From IMG/VR virus record IMGVR_UViG_3300033513_000281, positions 1 through 45,093 of that record: a DNA stretch of 45,093 nt; one strand, given 5' to 3'. The stretch comes from a virus (Duplodnaviria; Caudoviricetes). Below, piece by piece: positions 34,301 to 42,801 of the stretch (within the stretch, counting starts at the first letter, position 1; each line of letters opens with the position of its first letter). Under the pieces are notes generated by a model. It did no database searches. It was not told the origin of the DNA and saw only the letters and a list, made by a program, of their open reading frames with translations. The position numbers and the translations under genes are program-made.

Positions 34301-36453
34301 CCGCCATCGATCTACAAAACGTGTTCGCCGAATTCGGAACCTCAAGTATTGAAATAGCGGCGGGCTCAACCGTCCGCGCCGAATACGTGAGCGCGCCATC
34401 CGTCTCTAACTCGGGAACGCTTTCGGGCATTATCTCCAATCTGGCCGGCAATATGACGGTTACAGGCTTGACGACAGGATATCTGCCTTATAAAACGGCG
34501 ACTATTTTTGGCAATAGTCCGCTCATCACAGACGGAACGAGTGTCGGCCTCGGGACGTCCACTTATGATGGGCTCTTTACTGTTCTGAGGACGACATACC
34601 CGGTATCAAAATTCATCCGCTCAACCGATGTTCTAAATGATACCCGTTCTGTAATAGCCCTACAACACCGAACTAGCGGAGACATGGCTGATGGCTTTGG
34701 TTGCCAGTTTACTTTCGATATACGAGACAATGCCGGCGTAGATAATATGATCGCGGGGATTAGCGCCGTAAGGGACGGCGCGGATAACTCTGGGAAAATC
34801 AGTTTTGATGTTTATAAAGCTGGCGTCCAAGCCAAGGGCGTCATGAATATAGATAGTGACGGCGTCGTTCTCGTTGGTGTGAATGCCCAGGTATACAATG
34901 AAAAACTGGCCGTCGTTCATACAGACGCTACCCGCGCCGGCATTCACATCAGCGACCAGGCGCCAACGACAAAGACGGAGACGCTCTATAATTCCGGAGG
35001 AAACCTCTACTGGCCAGGAAGCTTATATCTGACGCATACCGTGATTTGCTCAGATTTGACGGCCGGAAGAATAGTATTATCTGGCACAGGTGGGATATTA
35101 CAGGACGTCCCAACCCTGCTTTATGACAGCGTTCTCAATCAGATGATTATCAATGAGAACGCAGTGGCCGGAGCCGCCAGCTTAGCCGGGACAGCATTAA
35201 GCATCAGAGGAGTAGATGCCGGACAAGTGAGATTTAATGTGGCCTCTTTCGGAGTGGCGGGAATGGGGGCTTACGCTCAAAGCCATGCAAGGGGGACGGC
35301 GGCGATCCCGGCGGCCGTACAATCCGGCGACGTCCTTTTCTCCATCGAGGGCTGGGGCTACGGCGCAACTGGATACTCGGTAGCGCCGCGAGCTTTCATC
35401 CGGGCGTATGCGGGGCAAACTTGGACGGATGCAAAGCAAGAAGCATACATGTCTTTCTGGACGACGCCTATTGACATAATCGTTCCGGTCAGACAATGGA
35501 CGATTTTATCGAATGGAAATTTAGTATCAGGATTGGATGGAACGGCCGCAAAGAATATAACAACAGCCGGAACTATATCCGCTGCCGGCCTCGACCTGAC
35601 AGGCCTCACCGACCGCTACGTTCCCTACGTCGGCGTGGGGGCGCTGGCGAATAGCGTCATCTATCAAGCCTCCTCGAAAATAGGCATTGGAACCGAAAGC
35701 CCAACCTATAAATTTGTCGTCTCTAACGCAGGAAATGCGGGTATGGAAGTTGACCCCGTAACACCGACGATAGCTGGAGGCGTTGACCTCCTTTTTTACG
35801 ATAGAGCCATAAGTGTCTATAAGGGAGTAACTTTTTGGGCGAGTTCTTTTTATTTTGGGCTAGGCACCGTCCTCATCGGCGCGACAGCGCCGGTGGGGGC
35901 GGAGATATGCCGGATCAACGGCGACCTCTATGGTGACGCAAATTGCTCCATGCTTTCCTACACAGATCGTAGTGAGTTTTACAACGGCGACGCCCTTGCG
36001 GAACTGCGGGCGATAAAGGGCGTTGGCGGTAAGATAGACCATTCAAGCTTGCCGCTCTTTGTGCAAGCTTCAAAAAAACGAAACATTTATGAGACGCGGC
36101 CCGTCACGCGCACGCGGCAGGAAACGCAAAAAGTTATAAAGCAAATTCCCGTCGAATCGGTCGAATTAATCAACGGAAAATATACCAAGATCGTCACGGT
36201 CACGCCCAAGGAAGAGGACGAAGGAATATTCGACGAGTTTGATTTATACGATGAGGCGGGGGGAATAATCGTTGACAGAAAGGGGCAACCCGTCAAGCAT
36301 CGCGTCCCCGTCATGGAAGAGTATCAGGACACGGAGACGGTCAAGACGGGAGAGGAAGATGTCATCGAGCGGAACTTAGGGGCCATGATCTCGATGCTGA
36401 CGGTCGCCGTCCAGCAATTAGCGGCCAGGATTGAAATACTCGAAAATAAATAA
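31381..36453 (+). CDS. Tail tip/fibre fusion (hub plus carbohydrate-binding and beta-helix domains plus C-terminal chaperone-like region)
   Basis: ELVTNGDFD...W (CBM4/9-like); ITVAKSGGEYTTVQAAI...PGTW-x-E (pectin-lyase-like beta-helix start); IGIGT repeats; C-terminal LTVAVQQLAARIEILE coiled coil. Confidence 0.85.
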   Translation: MQSLGTLVLADLTTPLISPLQKLEVFYESLWQEPHEIIGETQTCLISVNTSMAGADPKLSVVAGSWSARIHNPENIFHPLDPTSAGRPDVFVVGTPVRISQGLRRRSAAVDTLHRAVAANIATIGTNGAHGLVAGNMVFVNGMADPAYNGLHTVVAAIDGTHFTFDLTHANEAETVDAGGTTQKVTDHYWEVMRGLISEARYSIGDQSIEISGMDYSQVLADYKLRPLLDLQFGDYVDFVLAAGAELVTNGDFDVNTNGWTTGNWCTLTSVAGGVGGGNCCQIDWLGDNYVQGRQQINGLTVGQLYTFSGYVKSGTSGNEWFRLNVGVIPGASNYARIEDQTTGAWVQWSIDFVAQDTTVHVSFEKMSSIPGNMLFDKISLKAGVQRSYFVGSAATGAWLLRQDLGGGVWGDFYENEDWTFDNATGILTFAPDWTLPAAGTAFRLYFYEAYAPEEILFTLLYNAGLYASYAAAEADAIYTPTGIVIERPAFADGTTGLEAVRLLAERADYIFYFQYDGRPVFIPKPAIKAPGAEDLALLKNQVAKPEHAKNDLEFYNRIKITGETQSHPVSIGEMESAPIVSSASHGNSIASFGEKNLDISNTLWQSQADADASVLAKLADLKDPKDYLRLDLAFCPIPVEWGDTVKVEVRLSSGLDVDTYGLVRDIKVSDFVQTVTLELNPLTVIAGPITLDLDLNPGTRTKRTGLYTGDIGGVEGGSGEAGSMIRTFLDLTDTPATYAGQGAKRLQVNVTESGIEFTNYAQIITVAKSGGEYTTVQAAINSILDATSAKRYLVRVMPGTWAEQITMKSWVDVRGAGKHATRLDFAADAGTVILADYCQIEDVIIEGQAAATNWAIVGTNVSNWHIRNVDILNPLGSTNRSQGIKATGNTWSTGFIEHCVINLYTQTGYGLYITGNAAAPQLCDLTINDINLDTFAATSGGGVYFSAVDDVQIRNSSLRTSAAGFDISVNGNSAIDLQNVFAEFGTSSIEIAAGSTVRAEYVSAPSVSNSGTLSGIISNLAGNMTVTGLTTGYLPYKTATIFGNSPLITDGTSVGLGTSTYDGLFTVLRTTYPVSKFIRSTDVLNDTRSVIALQHRTSGDMADGFGCQFTFDIRDNAGVDNMIAGISAVRDGADNSGKISFDVYKAGVQAKGVMNIDSDGVVLVGVNAQVYNEKLAVVHTDATRAGIHISDQAPTTKTETLYNSGGNLYWPGSLYLTHTVICSDLTAGRIVLSGTGGILQDVPTLLYDSVLNQMIINENAVAGAASLAGTALSIRGVDAGQVRFNVASFGVAGMGAYAQSHARGTAAIPAAVQSGDVLFSIEGWGYGATGYSVAPRAFIRAYAGQTWTDAKQEAYMSFWTTPIDIIVPVRQWTILSNGNLVSGLDGTAAKNITTAGTISAAGLDLTGLTDRYVPYVGVGALANSVIYQASSKIGIGTESPTYKFVVSNAGNAGMEVDPVTPTIAGGVDLLFYDRAISVYKGVTFWASSFYFGLGTVLIGATAPVGAEICRINGDLYGDANCSMLSYTDRSEFYNGDALAELRAIKGVGGKIDHSSLPLFVQASKKRNIYETRPVTRTRQETQKVIKQIPVESVELINGKYTKIVTVTPKEEDEGIFDEFDLYDEAGGIIVDRKGQPVKHRVPVMEEYQDTETVKTGEEDVIERNLGAMISMLTVAVQQLAARIEILENK

Positions 36454-36463
36454 AGGAGGAAGC

Positions 36464-36748
36464 ATGGAAAAAATAACGCTTTCCAAAGTCGAACGGTTCG
36501 CGCTCGCGGCGGCGCAAGGGCAACTCGCCCAGGCTCAGGTCGCTTTCAACGAGCTAATCAACGATGTCGTATCGTCTCACGGCATCGATGAAAAGGACGC
36601 CGGAAACTGGGCGTTCTCGCGGGATTTCTCAAACCTCATGCGGGTGAAAAAAGTGGTTCCCGATAAACCGGAGCCGGATAAAAAGACGGATGCCCCGGCC
36701 GATCCGCCCGTGCCACCCGCAGCCGAAGGCGATACGCCGAAGAAATAA
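36464..36748 (+). CDS. Small coiled-coil protein, possible fibre chaperone
   Basis: AAGGAGG RBS, follows the fibre gene. Confidence 0.65.
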   Translation: MEKITLSKVERFALAAAQGQLAQAQVAFNELINDVVSSHGIDEKDAGNWAFSRDFSNLMRVKKVVPDKPEPDKKTDAPADPPVPPAAEGDTPKK

Positions 36749-36750
36749 AG

Positions 36751-38340
36751 ATGGATTTTCGGCGCCGCTTCTATTTATTCGCGCTCATCCTGCTTTTCCT
36801 TGCCCCGGCGTGTCCTCCGCATCCTCAAGAGAAAGTTTGGGCTGACGTCTGTAACGAGAGCCTTATTCTTTTTACGCCCTATTGTCCCGGTCATCATCTG
36901 GCCCAGTATATCAAAGGCCAGGAGCCGAAAGAAAAATGCGGAATCCATGGACCTATTTCAGTTGAGATCTGCAGGGCCAGCGAGCTTCTGGCCGGGGAGT
37001 GTTGCCGGGAGCGAGAAATCCGGGAATACACGCCCGGCGATGAACCTACCGAAAAATGCGGAATACACATCAAAGCGGCGATCGAGGTCTGTCGATCAAC
37101 GGGACTCTTGCCGAACGCAGCTTGTCCGGAGCGAGAGGTCCGGCAGTACTGCCCGGATGAGAAGCCGGCGGCGGTCTGCTCACTGCACCAGCGCAAGCCC
37201 ATCCCGGACGATCGGGCGCTTATCGTCTATGGCCTCCTGGGGGCTCTGGACGATACCCGATGGATCAACTATGACGGGACGGCCTGGCGGCTCGATCGAG
37301 CGGCATTACAGGCCCATTTAACAGCTATCTCTGATGCCGGCGCAAACGCGGTCCGGATCTTCGCCTGGGGCGTCTGGGGTCCGCGGCCATTCGGGAAGGC
37401 GAGTCAATTCCAGGCGTTTATCCTGGACGGCGATCGATGGGATGTCAGTCGATTCAACAATTATTATTTCCCGCTTGCACGTCAGGTCATAGAGACGGCG
37501 AACGTCTGCGGCCTCTCCGTCCTTTGGGATTGGCTCGATCAATGCGAGATCCAGCCCGGGCCGTGGCGACAATATTCGCCCTGGTGCAATAATGTCCAGG
37601 GCGGCCATGACTTCTATGACGCGGCGATCTGGCCCCAGGTTCAAAGGTATATGCTCCGTTGCGTCGACGCGTTCGCCGGGCTCGACGTCAACTGGGGATT
37701 CAACGAAACGGCATGGTCACAATTCCGCGATTTCGCCCGGGCTGTGTATTTCCCGGTGATCAAGGCGCGATCGCTCGATTTCAAGCGGCTCCGGAACGGC
37801 GCTCAAGCCATGATGCCCGGGTACGCGGGCGGCGCGTACGCGTGGGACATCGACATCCAACATTGGGTAAGATCGGACGCCGAGACGGAGTTCGGCGAGT
37901 TCAACGTCCTGAGCTGGATCCGGGAGGTCCATGGAACGCGGGATATAAATCGCCCCGGCTATTTGGATGCCTTTTTAGAAGCCTGGGGCAATCATCCGAT
38001 CCGGATCCTTTTCTCGGACGATGGCGTTTGGGACGGCGACAGCCTTTGCGATTCCGTCAAGCCCGGCGCGAATCCGATCAGGCTGTTGACCGGCCCGCAA
38101 GCGTTGGCCGCGGCGATCGTACTCCAGATCCGGCCCTCCGCGCAGATGTGGCATGCCATCGTAGATCGGGCGCTTGAGTATCAGACAGAGAGCAGCTTCG
38201 AGGGCAAGCCGATCCGGCGACTTCTATCGTTCGAGCACTGCCTGAAAAATCCGGACGTGGCTTGCCAGGCGCAGACGTTCCGAGCGATCTCTGAGGCTTA
38301 TAAGGAGCGGTTCGGTGCCTATCCTGGAAATTGGAGGTAA
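36751..38340 (+). CDS. Lipoprotein with three Cys3His repeats and a clan GH-A-like TIM-barrel glycosidase domain
   Basis: Signal FYLFALILLFLAPAC; three C-x10-C-x17-C-x2-H repeats; GANAVRIF, GL-x-V, GFNE, VHG, ILFSDDG. Confidence 0.7.
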   Translation: MDFRRRFYLFALILLFLAPACPPHPQEKVWADVCNESLILFTPYCPGHHLAQYIKGQEPKEKCGIHGPISVEICRASELLAGECCREREIREYTPGDEPTEKCGIHIKAAIEVCRSTGLLPNAACPEREVRQYCPDEKPAAVCSLHQRKPIPDDRALIVYGLLGALDDTRWINYDGTAWRLDRAALQAHLTAISDAGANAVRIFAWGVWGPRPFGKASQFQAFILDGDRWDVSRFNNYYFPLARQVIETANVCGLSVLWDWLDQCEIQPGPWRQYSPWCNNVQGGHDFYDAAIWPQVQRYMLRCVDAFAGLDVNWGFNETAWSQFRDFARAVYFPVIKARSLDFKRLRNGAQAMMPGYAGGAYAWDIDIQHWVRSDAETEFGEFNVLSWIREVHGTRDINRPGYLDAFLEAWGNHPIRILFSDDGVWDGDSLCDSVKPGANPIRLLTGPQALAAAIVLQIRPSAQMWHAIVDRALEYQTESSFEGKPIRRLLSFEHCLKNPDVACQAQTFRAISEAYKERFGAYPGNWR

Positions 38341-38343
38341 TCT

Positions 38344-38793
38344 ATGCCATCTATAGAAGAAAGAATTAAGTCCTGTATCGAGCGTCATCCGGACTGGCCG
38401 AATAGGAAAATCCGGAATTCACTCGGAGTCCGTGACGCAGAGATTGATGCGGCCCGGGGCGGCGGTCCAATGTCAACGGGAGCGGCGGGGCCGTCATCAT
38501 TGCCGCTCAAAACGCCGGAGCTTGCGCCGGGGCCAATTCCACCCGGCGGAGGCTTTAGCTTGCGGGGCATTCGGCTCCTATCGAAGAAGCCGACTGACTT
38601 TATGAAGGCCCGTATCTATAGTTTGCGCCGGGGCATGGGCTACAAAATCGAGGACCTATCGAAACAATGGGGCGTATCGACGGAGACCCTTCGCAAGCAC
38701 GCCAAGGATCATAAGGCCCTCGTCTACGTCGAGGCAACGCCCGGAGAATATGTCGCCTGTATCGTCCATCCCGAGACGCCCAAAGGAGAATAA
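38344..38793 (+). CDS. Hypothetical protein with HTH-like segments
   Basis: HPDW-x-NRKI and LSKQWGVSTETLRK helices. Confidence 0.6.
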   Translation: MPSIEERIKSCIERHPDWPNRKIRNSLGVRDAEIDAARGGGPMSTGAAGPSSLPLKTPELAPGPIPPGGGFSLRGIRLLSKKPTDFMKARIYSLRRGMGYKIEDLSKQWGVSTETLRKHAKDHKALVYVEATPGEYVACIVHPETPKGE

Positions 38794-38795
38794 GC

Positions 38796-39803
38796 ATGAC
38801 CGATAAAAAGGTTGTAAATCTCAAGGGCAAGCATGTCACCGCCGATCCGGCGATGGAGAAAGTCCTTTCTGCCCAAGCCCAGGTCCGAGAACTCCAGCGA
38901 GTCAATGCCGCGCTTCTTGCCGATAGAAAGGCATTGCTCGACGAATATACGGATGCACGAAACGCCCGGCCCGTCCCGCAGGCGAAGGCGCGTTCTGCCG
39001 CGCCCGCAAAGAGCGAGCTCGTTCGCGTATCCGCCGGCGATGTTCACGGCATGATGATGGACCGGGCCGCCGTCGACGCTTTTCTCCGCGATGTCCGGAC
39101 GCTCAATCCCGATGAGATCGTCTTGGGCGGAGACATCGTCGAATGCGGCGGATGGCTGGCCAAGCATCTTCCGATCGGCTTTATTGCCACGTGCGATTAC
39201 TCCTATCAGGAGGATATCAATGCCGCCTCCTGGTTCTTGGATGAGCTGCAAAAGGCGGCTCCGCGTGCGGAGTTTCACTACCTCGAAGGCAATCACGAGG
39301 ACCGCGTCGAGCGATGGTGCGTCGATCAAACAATGGCTCATGGCAGGGATGCTGAATTCTTGCGCTCCGCCTTTTCGCCGATGGCCCTACTGAGGCTGAA
39401 AGAGCGCGGCATTCCATACTACCGGCGCACGGAAATTTACGGGACCGGACTCCCCCCGGGCTGGATACAACGCGGCAAAATGTTCTTCACTCATGCCCTG
39501 GCCTATTCGAAGAACGCCGCGCATGACGCCGCTATCAAGACAGCCGGCAACGTGACTTTCTTCTGTACCCATCGCGAGGATACGGCCACGGTTGTATTCC
39601 CGGGGATCGGCATCGTCAAGGCTTTCAATCCCGGGTGCCTCTCGCAGATGCAACCGATCTGGAAACATTCAGATCCGACGTCATGGTCCCAGGGCTATGC
39701 AATAGACTTCATCGCCAAGAGCGGAAACTTCCAGCGGATTCATGTCCCGATCTGGAGAGGCGAATCCCTGGCCGGATCGATGGTTGAAAGGTTCCGCTCA
39801 TGA
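38796..39803 (+). CDS. Calcineurin-like metallophosphoesterase
   Basis: GDVHG, GGDIVE, EGNHE, FTH, THR motifs. Confidence 0.87.
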   Translation: MTDKKVVNLKGKHVTADPAMEKVLSAQAQVRELQRVNAALLADRKALLDEYTDARNARPVPQAKARSAAPAKSELVRVSAGDVHGMMMDRAAVDAFLRDVRTLNPDEIVLGGDIVECGGWLAKHLPIGFIATCDYSYQEDINAASWFLDELQKAAPRAEFHYLEGNHEDRVERWCVDQTMAHGRDAEFLRSAFSPMALLRLKERGIPYYRRTEIYGTGLPPGWIQRGKMFFTHALAYSKNAAHDAAIKTAGNVTFFCTHREDTATVVFPGIGIVKAFNPGCLSQMQPIWKHSDPTSWSQGYAIDFIAKSGNFQRIHVPIWRGESLAGSMVERFRS

Positions 39804-40111
39804 CCCCAGAAACACGCGATAAGCTCATCAGGATTCAACAGTCCCAGGACTTGGAGTTACTTGCAGCCAAGGGCGCGGACTATACCGGAGACGACGCACT
39901 TTCCAATTTACGCGAATATGGAACGCTCGGGATCATGGTCCGGCTATCGGACAAGATGGCCCGGCTCAAGCAGCTCATCGGGACCGGGAAGGAGCCCAGC
40001 GTCAAGATCGAAAGTATCATCGACACTGTACGCGATGCCCGGAATTACCTGCACTTGCTCCAAGTGATGCTCGATGAGAAGTGGCCCGGCCAAGGGACGG
40101 AAGAAAAATAG
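39800..40111 (+). CDS. DUF1599/Nmad1-like nucleotide-modification-associated protein
   Basis: K-x2-DY...N...G-x2-VRLSDK-x2-RL...ES-x2-DT-x2-D-x2-NY. Confidence 0.78.
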   Translation: MTPETRDKLIRIQQSQDLELLAAKGADYTGDDALSNLREYGTLGIMVRLSDKMARLKQLIGTGKEPSVKIESIIDTVRDARNYLHLLQVMLDEKWPGQGTEEK

Positions 40112-40150
40112 GGAGGGGAACTGGCGTTGATCGAGTGCCCGTAGTTTGTC

Positions 40151-40456
40151 TTATCCATAAATAATTTCCAGCCCTAGCCGCCGCGCCTCTTTTATCTCCG
40201 CTCTCGCCCCTTCGCTTTTTTCCCATCCCGGCATAACAAAGAGGGTATCGCAACGGCCAAGGATTTCGAGGTATCCATTAAGGAAATTTTCCTCTGGTAT
40301 TGCGCCGCCCATCATGGACGAATTTTTATGAGGGCAGATAACAGCTGCGCCATCAGCCCAAAATCTCCTCGCCCACGCTTCGGCGCGTGAGATATTTTCC
40401 AATATACCCGCTTCGGTATCGGCGCGGTATGGACCGCAAATAAATATGACGTTCAT
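40151..40456 (-). CDS. DUF4406/nucleoside 2-deoxyribosyltransferase-like protein
   Basis: IFICGPY...VICPH...L-x-RCD-x4-MPGWEKSEGARAE. GGAGG RBS before ATG 40456. Confidence 0.8.
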   Translation of the reverse strand: MNVIFICGPYRADTEAGILENISRAEAWARRFWADGAAVICPHKNSSMMGGAIPEENFLNGYLEILGRCDTLFVMPGWEKSEGARAEIKEARRLGLEIIYG

Positions 40457-40457
40457 T

Positions 40458-41849
40458 TCAAAGCCTCCCAACTGGGACATAAAGGTCTTTGATTTTCGAG
40501 ATATCGCCTTTATAGGCAACGATGATTTTCTGTTCACGCTTCGGAAACTTCCGCATATTCAAGGTTTTCTTGGCCTGGGCAAGGCGGGTGAATTCACATT
40601 CGAGATAGACGATCTTGTCATAAACAGATAATCCACTTTCCTTGAAAAATAATTCCGTCTCAGACTCCGAACAATGATACGCGCCTTTGCTATCCCTGCT
40701 ATCGCCAGTCATGACAACGAAAAAGCAATTATCTTTCAAGTGATCTATGGCGATTTTGTAACCCGCGAAAAGTGTATCGCGGAATTTCTCATAAGTATTC
40801 AGGGAGTTGATTTCGCCGTCCGGCGACTTCCCATCATAGTCAATGTATTTTTCAACCCTATAATACGGTGGGCAAGTAAAAATCAAATCGAACATTCCAT
40901 CCGGTTCATAAATCGAGCTGTCGCTTTTTATCCATTGAACGCCCGGAAAGTCTCCACATAATTTATTGTTCGCATCGCATTGATTCTGGCGGATTTCGCT
41001 TGCCATATATTCGTAGCCATAGGAGCCCGCAACATATCCGAATTGAACGCCTCCGCCGAATGGATTATAAATCCGCTTGCCGCTTTTGGGAACAAAAAAA
41101 CGAAGGATCACCTCACAGGCCGTTGGATCGAGGACCGAAGCGTTGCCATTGTGGGAATGCCCCGTCACTACATTGGCGAATCCACTTTCACCTTGCCAGC
41201 ATCCTTCCCGCGTTGCAAATGCCGGATTAGGAATAGAATATTTTATCCCGGCCTCTTCGATTCGAGCGTTCCATTCATCTTTTATTTTCAGCCATTCACC
41301 CTTAACGGAATCCCATACGTTTGTCATCGTAATATGGGCCAGGAGTTTCATGCGAACGTCCGAAAGTTTGCCGTGAACCATATAGCAAAAGCCGGACATC
41401 GGGAGATACGTTTTGAATCCAAGACTCTCGAAAAGCTCCGGAGTCTCGAATTTACTTTTGGGATCGGTGGTCATAATGGCCGGATAATGCTTTTTGTTTT
41501 GCGCGATTACTGCAAGGACCATTTCCCGGTATAGGTCGTCGCTATACCATTCCGGGCGAATGACAGACTGTAGAAGGCAGAATTCCCTGCAAACATCATT
41601 ATTCTGAAAGGTCATAAATCCGGCGAATTCGTCATTGATTTTTAGAATGATTGCGGAATGTATCTGCATATTCTTTCTTGCGGCCCGGTGCGCAATGCCA
41701 TCTTCTAGGGCTAATTTCGACACGTCTTTTTCGTATCCCGAGCCGATGACACTTTTTACATAAACAAATTCCTTTTTAGAAACGAATAGCGAGGATTGCT
41801 TGGCCTCAATGGTAGAAAAGAGGGGAGTTTGTTCTGCGTTCATTTTCAT
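40458..41849 (-). CDS. GNAT-like domain fused to an amino (N4C/N6A-type) DNA methyltransferase
   Basis: N-half: FAGFMTF...QSVIRPEW...FESLGF. C-half: NPFGGG (motif I), SEI, DS, DLIFTCPPY (motif IV). ATG 41843 is an alternative start. Confidence 0.78.
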   Translation of the reverse strand: MKMNAEQTPLFSTIEAKQSSLFVSKKEFVYVKSVIGSGYEKDVSKLALEDGIAHRAARKNMQIHSAIILKINDEFAGFMTFQNNDVCREFCLLQSVIRPEWYSDDLYREMVLAVIAQNKKHYPAIMTTDPKSKFETPELFESLGFKTYLPMSGFCYMVHGKLSDVRMKLLAHITMTNVWDSVKGEWLKIKDEWNARIEEAGIKYSIPNPAFATREGCWQGESGFANVVTGHSHNGNASVLDPTACEVILRFFVPKSGKRIYNPFGGGVQFGYVAGSYGYEYMASEIRQNQCDANNKLCGDFPGVQWIKSDSSIYEPDGMFDLIFTCPPYYRVEKYIDYDGKSPDGEINSLNTYEKFRDTLFAGYKIAIDHLKDNCFFVVMTGDSRDSKGAYHCSESETELFFKESGLSVYDKIVYLECEFTRLAQAKKTLNMRKFPKREQKIIVAYKGDISKIKDLYVPVGRL

Positions 41850-42687
41850 ATTCCTTCCATGTTTGATCTAGGGATGGATCGACCCCGCATTGATCGGGAC
41901 AATCCCGGCATGTTCCCAAATATGCGGACGGGGAATTTAGCGAAACGTATTTCCCGCCGCCGATTGATTCATTCTTTCTTATTAAAAAAATATCGCCATT
42001 CAAGACATGCGGATTTAATTTCCTGGCCCGCAGCGGATTGTCAATAATGGGCGTGAGAGATAAAAGATAATCCTGTTTTTCCTGGCATTCCCGCGCCCAT
42101 GCGGATGATCCGTATTTGCAGGTGACGATCCGCAAAACGCTTTTCAGGCCCGCCGATTTGAGCCGTGAAAATTGGACGATACGATGCCTCATTTCGTCGT
42201 TAGTATCGATGCCGCTAACGGACGTATTCACGACGGCCCGAAGGTGGCGCAACTTTTCAATCATCCAATCTTCCAACATTTCCCAATGCTTAGTGATAAT
42301 GACGGGAATCTTATGCGTATGCCATAGGGCCCAGCAAATCGCGACGGTATGTTTCCAATCATGGCACGGATCGCCCGCTGTTCCAATTCGATACCAGCCG
42401 ACCGGATAAGTATTCATTATTTTTATAATCGTTCCCTTGTGTTCGCGGCCCATAAATTGACGGCTTACGCTTTTAGTAAAATCGAATCCATAGGTCCGGG
42501 CATTTTTATATGCGTAGCATTCGCCATAGCAACCCCCCCTTGGATACGCTTTCATCCCCATTGTGCAGCCCTTAACCGTATCGATATCCAACACGCCTTT
42601 CCTGTTTACGGAAACTGTTATGACGTTGGAATATTGCCGGGGAATAGACGGATATTCCATTAAATTAAATAGGTCAATTTGTTTCAA
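41806..42687 (-). CDS. Radical SAM protein with atypical Cys spacing and a C-terminal Cys cluster
   Basis: GC-x11-C-x3-CYA, RIGTAGDP, IITK, NTSVS, LRI, C-terminal CRDCPDQC. Confidence 0.72.
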   Translation of the reverse strand: MKQIDLFNLMEYPSIPRQYSNVITVSVNRKGVLDIDTVKGCTMGMKAYPRGGCYGECYAYKNARTYGFDFTKSVSRQFMGREHKGTIIKIMNTYPVGWYRIGTAGDPCHDWKHTVAICWALWHTHKIPVIITKHWEMLEDWMIEKLRHLRAVVNTSVSGIDTNDEMRHRIVQFSRLKSAGLKSVLRIVTCKYGSSAWARECQEKQDYLLSLTPIIDNPLRARKLNPHVLNGDIFLIRKNESIGGGKYVSLNSPSAYLGTCRDCPDQCGVDPSLDQTWKEYENERRTNSPLFYH

Positions 42688-42715
42688 TTTAAAAACCCCG
42701 ATATTCCATGTTCCA

Positions 42716-42795
42716 TATATAAACTAATAATAATGACTTGTCAAGAAAAAAAATTAAAAAAATATCTTGACAAGTAAAAATAAAAGGATTATATA
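42716..42795. promoter_or_regulatory. Symmetric back-to-back sigma70 promoters sharing an 11-bp inverted repeat
   Basis: Plus strand: TTGACA 42767-72, 17 bp, TATATA 42790-95. Minus strand: TTGACA 42744-39, 17 bp, TATATA 42721-16. ACTTGTCAAGA/TCTTGACAAGT flank an A-tract. Confidence 0.82.
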
Positions 42796-42801
42796 TTAAG
42801 C

